From: Candidatus Methanophagales archaeon
Lineage (GTDB): Archaea; Halobacteriota; Syntropharchaeia; Alkanophagales; Methanospirareceae
Reading direction: 5' to 3'
Assembly: GCA_028572065.1 (NCBI GenBank)
Contig: JAPVWK010000001.1
Coordinates: forward strand, 1-45,008
DNA: 45,008 nt
Part shown: positions 37,100-45,008 of the stretch, one piece after another
How positions within the stretch are numbered: position 1 is the first letter of the stretch
Layout: each line of letters begins with the position of its first letter
The notes under the pieces: generated by a model
Database searches by the model: none
What the model saw: the letters and a program-made list of their open reading frames with translations, nothing else
What the model was told of the DNA's origin: nothing
Position numbers and translations under genes: made by a program

Positions 37100-39109
37100 A
37101 TGAGATGGGACGATAATGAATACGTGAGGTATTTCAGCGAACTCGTGGAGTTAGAACGCGAAGAACAGATGCGTTTGCATGAAGAGGAGATGCGGCGATT
37201 GAGCGGCCGCGAGAGGGAAGAGAAGGGGCGTGCATTTCTGAAGCTGAAAGGCAAATCGCAGGGTTTGGGATTGGGTGGCAAATACTTAGTAAAGTTCAAA
37301 AAAGTAGCAGAGGCACTGCCAGATAGCGAAATAGAAGTTGGAGACCTAGTTTTAGTGAGTAAACCAGGTACTGCACCATGGGATGATGATAATCCGATGG
37401 GAACGGTAGCAGAAAAGAGTTTGTACACAATCACGGTTGCGTTTGATGACACGCCGCCGGGTTTTGTATTCCGTAAAGACCTCCGGATAGACCTTTTTGT
37501 GAATGACATCACGTTTCAACGGATGCTTGAAGCATTAAAGAAGTTTAAAAGACTACCGAGCTGGCGAAAGGATAAACTACTCGGTAAAACAGCACCGGAG
37601 TTCGGTAAGATAGACGAGCTAGACTTTATTAATCCGGCATTGAACAAGAGGCAGCAGGATGCAGTACTGAGAAGTATGGCAGCGCGTGATTTCTTTCTCA
37701 TTCATGGACCGCCGGGGACGGGAAAGACAATCACCTGCATAGAGCTGATAGCGCAATTAGTACATCGCGGTCACCGAGGTTTAGCTGCTGCGGACTCTAA
37801 CGTGGCAGTGGATAATCTGGTCGAGCGGTTAGATAAGATTGGTCTGAAAGTAGTGCGGATAGGACATCCTGCACGTGTGATTCCGGCTTTAAGGTGCAGG
37901 AGCCTGGATTATCTGGTTCAGGACGAAGCCGAATATATAGCTGCACAGAATCTAAGAGAAAGAGCGTATAGGCTAAAAGAAGGTATGGACGGGTCTACGC
38001 GACCTGAAATGCGCTGGAGACGTGGGTTGAGTGACGAAGCGATAGCGGAACTTGCAACGGCAGGAAAAACCACACGCGGGATACCGCAGAAGAAGATAGA
38101 GGGCATGAAACGCTGGATTGGTTTGAAGCAAAAGATAGATAAGTTATTCGGCGAGGCACGGCAACTGGAGGAGCGAGCGGTAAGGCGGATTATAGACAAT
38201 GCGGAAGTGATTTGTGCAACGAACAGCACTGTGGGTTCTGAGATATTGAAAACCAAGAAGTTCGACTTCGCGGTTATAGACGAAGCCACGCAGTCAACAG
38301 AACCTTCGTCGTTGATTTCCGTGCTCAAGACGAAGAGGTTCATTATGGCGGGTGATCACAAGCAGTTGCCACCTACGGTTTTGAACAAAGAGGCGGCGAG
38401 ATGTGGCTTGAGCACGAGCTTATTTGAACGACTTCTGGAAATTCATGGCAATAAAATACGGGTGATGCTTGAAGTTCAGTACAGAATGAGCGAGGAGATA
38501 GCGGAATTCCCGAGTAACGAGTTTTATGACGGTAAGCTAAAGGCCGGAGAAAACGTAAAGCGCCAAACCCTGGATGATTTACTGCAACCAATGCCAAAAA
38601 ACGATGAACAAGAGGGTGTTTTAGATTTTGTGCTACAGGAATACCCATTTGTGTTTATTGATACCGTGGACGGCGGAGTTGAATTCAAGGATAAGACCCG
38701 GAAAGGCGCTACGTCTAAGGAGAACGAAGGCGAAGCGCAGTTGGTTACTGATATTGTAGAACTGTTATTGAACAGGGGTATAAAGCCCGAAGATATAGCG
38801 GTTATATCGCCGTATGATGCGCAGGTAGGACTTATTAGAAAGATGCTCCGAGTGGATGACCTGGAGATAAAGACGGTGGATGGTTTTCAGGGCAGAGAGA
38901 AAGAGGTGGTTATTGTGTCTTTTGTTCGGAGTAATAACTATGGCGAGATTGGGTTCCTAAAGGATTTGAGACGGCTTAATGTGTCCATAACGAGAGCAAA
39001 AAGGAAGTTGGTTTTGATTGGTGATTCTAAAACGCTTGCGACTGAAGGCTGTTATGAACGGCTTGTTGCAGTGGCAAAGGCGAGAGGCGGGTATGAACGT
39101 GTGGTTTAG
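37100..39109 (+). CDS. SF1 Upf1/IGHMBP2-like helicase
   Basis: HGPPGTGKT, SNVAVDNL, IDEATQ, GDHKQLPP, QYRM, TVDGFQGREKE, RLNVSITRAK; start MRWDD at 37100. Confidence 0.92.
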   Translation: MRWDDNEYVRYFSELVELEREEQMRLHEEEMRRLSGREREEKGRAFLKLKGKSQGLGLGGKYLVKFKKVAEALPDSEIEVGDLVLVSKPGTAPWDDDNPMGTVAEKSLYTITVAFDDTPPGFVFRKDLRIDLFVNDITFQRMLEALKKFKRLPSWRKDKLLGKTAPEFGKIDELDFINPALNKRQQDAVLRSMAARDFFLIHGPPGTGKTITCIELIAQLVHRGHRGLAAADSNVAVDNLVERLDKIGLKVVRIGHPARVIPALRCRSLDYLVQDEAEYIAAQNLRERAYRLKEGMDGSTRPEMRWRRGLSDEAIAELATAGKTTRGIPQKKIEGMKRWIGLKQKIDKLFGEARQLEERAVRRIIDNAEVICATNSTVGSEILKTKKFDFAVIDEATQSTEPSSLISVLKTKRFIMAGDHKQLPPTVLNKEAARCGLSTSLFERLLEIHGNKIRVMLEVQYRMSEEIAEFPSNEFYDGKLKAGENVKRQTLDDLLQPMPKNDEQEGVLDFVLQEYPFVFIDTVDGGVEFKDKTRKGATSKENEGEAQLVTDIVELLLNRGIKPEDIAVISPYDAQVGLIRKMLRVDDLEIKTVDGFQGREKEVVIVSFVRSNNYGEIGFLKDLRRLNVSITRAKRKLVLIGDSKTLATEGCYERLVAVAKARGGYERVV

Positions 39110-39180
39110 GTTCTTGTGTGTTCGGTTAATATAACCCACCAAAAGTAAAGACCTAAAAAAGTATTTTCAAAAAGCATAAA

Positions 39181-39288
39181 ATTCAACTAAAAATAATTGT
39201 TGACACAGATTAACGCTGATTAACGCAGAAGGAACTAAATCCGTGTGAATCCGTGTGAATCTGCGTCCTAAATAGTTAGAAGTTATAC
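39181..39288 (+). repeat. Dispersed palindromic repeat, copy D
   Basis: ATTCAACTAAA..GTTGACACAGATTAACGCTGATTAACGCAGAAGG..AATCCGTGTGAATCCGTGTGAATCTGCGTCCTAAATAGTTAGAAGTTATAC. Confidence 0.85.
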
Positions 39289-39392
39289 GGTAATATACAA
39301 GAACAAAGTTAGGATACCCTTAGCCATTTGCTGCGTTCGATTTGACAATATTGAAAAAGTTTTATTTTAGATACACCAATTTGTATTTCATA

Positions 39393-40478
39393 ATGGAAAA
39401 GACAATTTGTTTCGACCTTGAAGGACCGTTATCGCCGCAAGATAATGCTTATGAAGTGATGAAGCTAATCGGACAAGAGGGTGCTGCTATATTTGAGGTT
39501 ATTAGCAGGTATGATGATATAATAACTCTTGAGGGCCGAGCGGGCTACGAGCCTGGAGATACACTTGCGTTGGTCATCCCATTCCTTCTGCTGCATGGTA
39601 TAACAGAAGAAGATATAAGAACGGTATCAGAAAGCGCGAAACTAGTAGAAGGGGCGGACTACCTGTCGGAATACTTACGGGCTGAAAATTGGGACATTTA
39701 CATCATCTCCACGAGTTACGAACATCACGCTTACAATATAGGTCGTAAGCTTGGAATTGCGCCCCGAAAAATTATCTGCACGGAGTTGGACCTAGAAAAG
39801 AAGAAGCGGGATATACGAGTACAGGATAAAGACGCTTTCTTTTCTTTGATAAAACAAGCCGAAGAAGAGGTACTCGAGCTTTATTCACGCATGGACGAGC
39901 CGCAATTGATAGCGAATCGTCTGGATGAGTTCTTTTTCCGTCAACTGCATTCTTATGGCTTTGACGTATTCGGGACAAGGGTAATAGGCGGAGAACGGAA
40001 AGCGGAGGCAGTGCGGGCAATAGCGAAAGAGAAGGGCGAGGCACTGAGCGATGTGATCGTGGTTGGCGATAGCATTACCGATTATAAGATGCTGAATGAG
40101 GTTGCAACACACGACGGGGTAGCGGTCGTTTTCAATGGTAACGAATATGCAGTGCCTTATGCCAATGTAGGGCTCGCATCTGTTGATATGAGGTTTCTTC
40201 AGATTTTATGCGCTGCTTTTGACCGTGGCAGTAAAGAAGAGGTGATGGAAGTGGTAACAGAATGGGAAGATAACCGTGATTATTTTGAAACGAATCCAGA
40301 GGATATACCGGATAACTGCATTACTGATGACTTAAGAGACTTAATCCAGAAACAGCAGCTTTCTATGCCCTATTTCCATAATGTCGAGCGTGCCGACGAA
40401 AGAGGGCGAGACGAGATAATAAAGATACATAAGCGTGTAAGAACGCAAGTGAGAGAAGATGCAGGTAAGTTGGGATAA
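39393..40478 (+). CDS. HAD-superfamily protein (EhaR-like archaeal family)
   Basis: FDLEGPLSPQDNAYE, ISRYDD, YEPGDTL, ISTSYE, VGDSITD, FNGNEYA. Confidence 0.7.
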   Translation: MEKTICFDLEGPLSPQDNAYEVMKLIGQEGAAIFEVISRYDDIITLEGRAGYEPGDTLALVIPFLLLHGITEEDIRTVSESAKLVEGADYLSEYLRAENWDIYIISTSYEHHAYNIGRKLGIAPRKIICTELDLEKKKRDIRVQDKDAFFSLIKQAEEEVLELYSRMDEPQLIANRLDEFFFRQLHSYGFDVFGTRVIGGERKAEAVRAIAKEKGEALSDVIVVGDSITDYKMLNEVATHDGVAVVFNGNEYAVPYANVGLASVDMRFLQILCAAFDRGSKEEVMEVVTEWEDNRDYFETNPEDIPDNCITDDLRDLIQKQQLSMPYFHNVERADERGRDEIIKIHKRVRTQVREDAGKLG

Positions 40479-40536
40479 TACCAAGCGGTAACATGTTATT
40501 AGCATCAACGCTTTCTTTGCGATGTGAGGGGAAATC

Positions 40537-40872
40537 ATGGGAAATAAAGAGACAATAGATATAGCCGAGTTTACAAAACTCGACCTGCGAATGGGAAAGA
40601 TAGAGAATGCCGAATTGATAGAGGGCAGCAAAAAGCTGATCAAGCTCGATGTGAATTTCGAGACCGAAACGAGACAGGTGGTTGCCGGCATTGCGGAAGA
40701 GTATAATCCAGAGGATTTGATTGGCGCACTCGTCCCAGTTCTTTTGAATCTGAAACCGGCAAAGCTGATGGGTGTAGAAAGTCAGGGCATGATTTTAGCT
40801 GTAGAAGTAAATGGTAAACCGATTTTATTGCACCCCGATAAAGAAGTGCCTGCCGGCAGCCGAATCTGCTAA
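40537..40872 (+). CDS. Stand-alone tRNA-binding OB domain (MetRS C-terminal/Trbp111/CsaA-like)
   Basis: FTKLDLRMGKI, RQVVAGI, NLKPAKLMGVESQGMILA. Confidence 0.88.
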   Translation: MGNKETIDIAEFTKLDLRMGKIENAELIEGSKKLIKLDVNFETETRQVVAGIAEEYNPEDLIGALVPVLLNLKPAKLMGVESQGMILAVEVNGKPILLHPDKEVPAGSRIC

Positions 40873-41041
40873 GCAAAAGATGATCCCACATGGAAGAAAC
40901 GAGCTTGAATTGTACGGGCATCGTATGTCCGACTGGCAGCAGGTACGACCTTCAGCGCGGTTGCTGGTCTATTTCGACCAGGTGACTGAAATAACGTACT
41001 CACATGCAGAGGGTCAAAGATTTATGAAGATACCGTGAAGA

Positions 41042-43009
41042 CTAACTCAGAAACTCGATTTTGTCCACCCAGCCGCAATCTGACCCGAAGCTAGTACTGC
41101 CATCTTTTACGTATCGCCACTTCAGCCTATGTGACCCCGAACTTATTTGATAGCTCCTTTGCTGCCAATCCATGTTACCGCTGATTCTATCCTGACCTAT
41201 ACCATCAATATAGAACTCCAGAAAGTCGAAATACTCCTCGGATGAAGTATTCCAGTAGAAGCTTACGGTGCCGGGCCCCGAAACTGTTGTTTGTAGCCAT
41301 GAGTTTTGGTCGTGAGATATAACACCACTCTGTGCGGCGCTATTGTTATAATAAGCTGTTGATGCGTCTCCAAGCCAGTTTGCAACTCCGCCTGTTATCC
41401 ACGAAAGTGCAGCGTTATCCAAGGCATCTTCTAAACTAAACGGTATTGGGACCGGTGCTGGTGGGGACGTTACGATTGGTTCCGGCGTTGACTCCGGTGT
41501 TGGTTCCGGTGTTGGTTCCGGCGTTGGTTCCGGCGTTGGTTCCGGCGTTGGTTCCGGTGTTGGTTCCGGCGTTGGTTCCGGCGTTGGTTCCGGCGTTGGT
41601 TCCGGCGTTGGTTCCGGTGTTGGTTCCGGTGTTGGTTCCGGTGTTGGTTCCGGTGTTGGTTCCGGCGTTGGTTCCGGTGTTGGCTCCGGTGTTGGTTCCG
41701 GTGTTGGTTCCGGTGTTGGTTCCGGTGTTGGTTCCGGCGTTGGTTCCGGTGTTGGTTCCGGTGTTGGTTCCGGCGTTGATTCCGGCGTTGGTTCCGGTGT
41801 TGGTTCCGGTGTTGGTGTTGGCGCTATACCTGAACTGAACTCCACTTTGTCCACCCAGCCGCAATCTAACCCGAAGCTAGTACTGCCATCTTTTACATAT
41901 TGCCACTTCAACCTATGCGATCCCGAACTTATTTGATAGCTCCTTTGCTGCCAATCCGCGTTACCGCTGATTCTATCATGACCTATACCATCAATATAGA
42001 ACTCCAGAAAGTCGAAATGCTCCTCGGATGAAACATTCCAATAGAAGCTTACGGTGCCGGGTCCCGAAACTGTTGTTTGTAGCCATGTGTTTTGGTCATG
42101 AGATATAATCCCGCTCTGTGCTGCGCTATTGTTATAATAAGAAGTTGTTGTCTCTCCAAGCCAGTTCGCCGTTCCGCCTGTTGACCACGAAAGTGCAGCG
42201 TTATCCACTGCCACGCTTAAGCTAACTATTTTTGGCGCAGGTGTTGGTGTTGGCGTTGGTGTTGGTGTCGGTGTTGGTGTCGGTGTTGGTGTCGGTGTTG
42301 GCGTCGGTATTGGCGTCGGTGTTGGCGTCGGTGTTGGCGTCGGTGTTGGCGTTGGTGTTGGCGTTGGCGTTGGCGTTGGCACCAAAGATACTATCTGAAC
42401 ACTCTTCCCTATACTCCCGGAAGTAATCAAAAATTCACCCGGCGGTACTCCTTCAGAACTCAGATCAAGCTCGAAATCACCGTTTGAATCGGCCTGGACT
42501 TTTAGAGCCATGTCCGTGGTCAGATTCAGAGAAGTTACGCTAGCGGCGGCATTGCCGAATACAGAAACATCTTTTTCGCCGTTGATGTCAACGGTTATGC
42601 CATACCACGTCACAGGAAAGGACATGGAAATCGTGGCAGTGCCACCAGTTGCTGTTTTAGGTCCCTCTAAGGGGTACACTACCGTCTGCCAGAATACAGG
42701 ATGTACCGATATTCGGATGTCCTCTACGTTTTCTGTGGTTACCGCGAAGTTTTTATCACCCTCGGGAAAGTGTAACCCGCTGAAATTATGATAATATTTT
42801 CCTTCTGACACCGGTATCGAGAGCACAAACGAGGTCTCTACCCAGACCTCCTCGTTTGGCGATGCCTTCCCTGATAGAGATACCGTTTCCCCCTCTACAA
42901 CCACATCCGGAGTTATGTTCAAGCCCGTTACAGCCGCGCTTGTGATGGTGATGGATACGAGTATTGTCAGAATTAGTGCACTAACCAATGCAAAGATTCT
43001 TGGATTCAT
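41042..43009 (-). CDS. Secreted surface protein with Pro/Thr linkers and two copies of a ~130-aa beta-sandwich domain
   Basis: Signal peptide; (TP)n and (PEPT)n tracts; duplicated [57 protein letters not shown]. Confidence 0.85.
   Translation of the reverse strand: MNPRIFALVSALILTILVSITITSAAVTGLNITPDVVVEGETVSLSGKASPNEEVWVETSFVLSIPVSEGKYYHNFSGLHFPEGDKNFAVTTENVEDIRISVHPVFWQTVVYPLEGPKTATGGTATISMSFPVTWYGITVDINGEKDVSVFGNAAASVTSLNLTTDMALKVQADSNGDFELDLSSEGVPPGEFLITSGSIGKSVQIVSLVPTPTPTPTPTPTPTPTPTPTPTPIPTPTPTPTPTPTPTPTPTPTPTPAPKIVSLSVAVDNAALSWSTGGTANWLGETTTSYYNNSAAQSGIISHDQNTWLQTTVSGPGTVSFYWNVSSEEHFDFLEFYIDGIGHDRISGNADWQQRSYQISSGSHRLKWQYVKDGSTSFGLDCGWVDKVEFSSGIAPTPTPEPTPEPTPESTPEPTPEPTPEPTPEPTPEPTPEPTPEPTPEPTPEPTPEPTPEPTPEPTPEPTPEPTPEPTPEPTPEPTPEPTPEPTPEPTPEPTPEPTPEPTPESTPEPIVTSPPAPVPIPFSLEDALDNAALSWITGGVANWLGDASTAYYNNSAAQSGVISHDQNSWLQTTVSGPGTVSFYWNTSSEEYFDFLEFYIDGIGQDRISGNMDWQQRSYQISSGSHRLKWRYVKDGSTSFGSDCGWVDKIEFLS
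41478..41813 (-). repeat. 12-bp coding tandem repeat (about 28 units, TPEP)
   Basis: GGTTCCGG(T/C)GTT repeated on the + strand. Confidence 0.95.
42240..42380 (-). repeat. 6-bp coding tandem repeat (Thr-Pro)
   Basis: GGYGTY/TGGYGT-type units encoding PTPTPT... Confidence 0.9.
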
Positions 43010-43055
43010 ACTGTTTCTAAAAGCTAAAAATAAAAAGGTGGAGGATGTGGATTTA

Positions 43056-43868
43056 TTACTTCTTCCTCCTCACTGTTGCACCTACAAGAACGACACTCAA
43101 TAGGCCGACCAATGCAATCAATCCAATTGGCGTTAGTGCTGGTAGCGGCGCTGGGCCTCTGATATGAATTGTTGCTGTACCGCTCTCGAGATTCCCACCT
43201 CCACATGGTGTTGCACTCGCGGTGAAGAGATAAAGCCCTTCCTCTGTTGGGTTCTGCACAAATTTACCGAAAACAATCTTAACACCATCTATTTTTATGT
43301 CTGTACCCGTAGGTGGTTCTATTGTGGCATTCAGATAACCATTCCTCGTCTCCGTTGGTAATGTCACATGCCCTGAAATATTCATGCCTCGGACATTAGC
43401 AGGACCTACATATGTTTCCCCACCGGGATTGTAATCCACGGATATTATGAAATTTGCAGGAGCCCCTCCATCAGAAATTGATACGTTCATTTTCGTTGTG
43501 GGGTTGTTTTTATTTGCAGTAAATTTGACCGTTGCTAACAACGGGTCACCTAGACTAGCAGGATTGACGCCATAGAGGTAAGCTGTCGCTATTAATGGTG
43601 AGTCGCCCCACTGACCACCAAAATCACCAGTGGTAGGTGCTATCGCACCGAATCCCGGAGGCATGGTTACATTTACGATTACACAGTCATATTCTCCTGT
43701 AGCCACATCCACCATGTATGCCGCTCTTTCCCCGGCTATACCGGTATCCGGCGTTATGTCGAGATTAACCGTCGCCGTCACTGCGGGCACGAGTGCTGCT
43801 GCGATCACTACTACCATCGCTGCCAGAACAACACTCGCCTTCATTCCCTTTCGCTTCTCGGTCACCAT
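43056..43868 (-). CDS. Secreted surface protein with C-terminal sorting/TM anchor
   Basis: Signal peptide; beta-rich body; [29 protein letters not shown]. Confidence 0.8.
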   Translation of the reverse strand: MVTEKRKGMKASVVLAAMVVVIAAALVPAVTATVNLDITPDTGIAGERAAYMVDVATGEYDCVIVNVTMPPGFGAIAPTTGDFGGQWGDSPLIATAYLYGVNPASLGDPLLATVKFTANKNNPTTKMNVSISDGGAPANFIISVDYNPGGETYVGPANVRGMNISGHVTLPTETRNGYLNATIEPPTGTDIKIDGVKIVFGKFVQNPTEEGLYLFTASATPCGGGNLESGTATIHIRGPAPLPALTPIGLIALVGLLSVVLVGATVRRKK

Positions 43869-43870
43869 CT

Positions 43871-44110
43871 TTATAGTGCCCCCACCACTTCAATTACAAC
43901 GATAGCTAGGAATGCAAATAGTAGCGGATTGATTGCCGCAGATGCAATCCTACCTAAAAACGCTGCTTTTTTGTTCTCGCTCGCACTCAGTAACTCCTTT
44001 GCTATAAGAAGTGCGATTAATGCAACTACACCAATAGCACCAAAAACTGCCGCTTGGCCCATTGCCGTCACCACAGTAGTTGTAGTTGTTGTGGTTACTG
44101 ATGTAAGCAT
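43871..44110 (-). CDS. Small 2-TM membrane protein with N-terminal poly-Thr
   Basis: MLTSVTTTTTTTVV..GVVALIALLIAKELL..INPLLFAFLAIV; RBS AAGGAGG; 2-nt gap to next gene. Confidence 0.75.
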   Translation of the reverse strand: MLTSVTTTTTTTVVTAMGQAAVFGAIGVVALIALLIAKELLSASENKKAAFLGRIASAAINPLLFAFLAIVVIEVVGAL

Positions 44111-44182
44111 CGCTTTACCCTCCTTTTTTCTTCTCTTTTATATTCCTTTGTTGGCATTGTTTTCCTCCTTTACTGTTCATGC

Positions 44183-44289
44183 TGTTACATATGTTTGTAA
44201 CACATGCTTATAAACATACGCATCAGCAGGTATATAAAGCTTTTGCTCTATATATAAACCTTCCGGTGCATATATAAACCTTTCGGTTC
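44183..44289 (-). promoter_or_regulatory. Triplicated BRE-TATA promoter with operator-like palindrome
   Basis: TATATAAA at 44231, 44251, 44271 (minus strand: purine-rich BRE then TTTATATA); TGTTACA-N6-TGTAACA at 44183-44202. Confidence 0.7.
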
Positions 44290-44676
44290 ACCCGCCCCAT
44301 ACCCGCTCGCAAGTAGTATTCGTTAACTGTTAGAGGTGACTGAAACCAAGGACTGAATAGAGGACTGAAATTGTCCAGCGTTCATTTCTAAAACGCCAGC
44401 CTTAGTCTCTGTTTTCACGCACAAAACCGTTTTATCAAATTCTAGCGTGTTAAAGGTAAATAAATTTAGGGGTGGCTTAAGTCTGATAAAAGATTCGTTC
44501 GCAGTATGTTTATAAATCCCTTTTCGCCTTCCCGCCTTTCGTCCCTTTTAATCTTACGATCCGGAAAATGTTCAAGCATTGCCAGCAAGCAATTAGTCCG
44601 GTTCTGTGATTGTATCGCCTTGTGCCATAACGTACTTATTACGAATACGAAAGGATTTGTATTATTTAGTGCAAGC

Positions 44677-44936
44677 CTACTTCTTACCAAGCTTCTCTAC
44701 CATAATACTTTTCCCGCAATTGCTACATTTTACGCGGTAAAGCCGCTTTTTGAAGACCACGCTTGATTCCTGTTCCTCGCTGCAATAGGGACACTTAAGC
44801 TTGTAATTAAATTCTTCCTCGCCTTTTCTACGCCACATAAAGACAGCGCCACTCTTTTCATCATCTCGTTCTGCAGTTTCCTGCTCGTGATGTACGCGAA
44901 ATCCGTTATATCACTCATCTCGATAGGAGGTTTCAT
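44677..44936 (-). pseudogene. Frameshifted small zinc-ribbon protein
   Basis: MKPPIEMSDITDFAYITSRKLQN then, after a 1-nt shift at about 44866, DDEKSGAVFMWRRKGEEEFNYKLKCPYCSEEQ...VKCSNCGKSIMVEKLGKK*. Confidence 0.6.
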
Positions 44937-45008
44937 ATTTCATCACTTTTCCTATTACGAATTGCCGAGCCATATAAATCCCGTCTGTGACTTCCTGATA
45001 CACGGAGA

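Noticed and set aside
41436..41864. Regular repeat array that could be mistaken for CRISPR; alternative ORFs (GTNT)n and (PVLV)n
   Set aside because: 12-bp units without unique spacers, in frame as TPEP within the surface protein; alternative ORFs are shadows of the repeat. No CRISPR array or cas gene seen in the window.
44466..44766. Short ORFs on both strands near the window end as transposase pieces
   Set aside because: No DDE or other motif recognisable; partly explained by the frameshifted zinc-ribbon gene.

Overview
Archaeal chromosomal window. Gene content (fwdDBAC, mfnF-like, PGF-CTERM and archaeal lipoprotein signals, BRE/TATA promoters) points to a methanogen/ANME-type euryarchaeote, possibly ANME-1-like (inference). 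Core genes (grpE, liv ABC parts, fwdDBAC, purL, znuB-like, ncsA/ttuA, SF1 helicase, tRNA-binding protein) are mixed with accessory material. The accessory parts are: (i) a decayed IS fragment plus the 3' end of a group II intron (0.8-1.7 kb); (ii) four tandem paralogous DUF2238-like membrane proteins with two helical lipoproteins (1.9-6.0 kb); (iii) an AT-rich island between fwdC and purL (22.3-30.3 kb); (iv) a dispersed ~75-235 bp palindromic repeat family built from 10-bp units; (v) surface proteins with Pro/Thr repeats and a shared C-terminal sorting signal. The island holds a tightly coupled five-gene operon (C5 DNA methyltransferase, PRTase-like protein, P-loop ATPase, unknown Rossmann-like protein, Mig/MutY-type glycosylase) with no recognisable restriction nuclease, followed by decayed AbiE genes. 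One copy of the repeat family encloses an internally deleted GxxExxY gene and truncates abiEii. The best candidates for undescribed biology are the five-gene operon and the GxxExxY-linked repeat element. All calls come from motif recognition by eye; no database searches were run.
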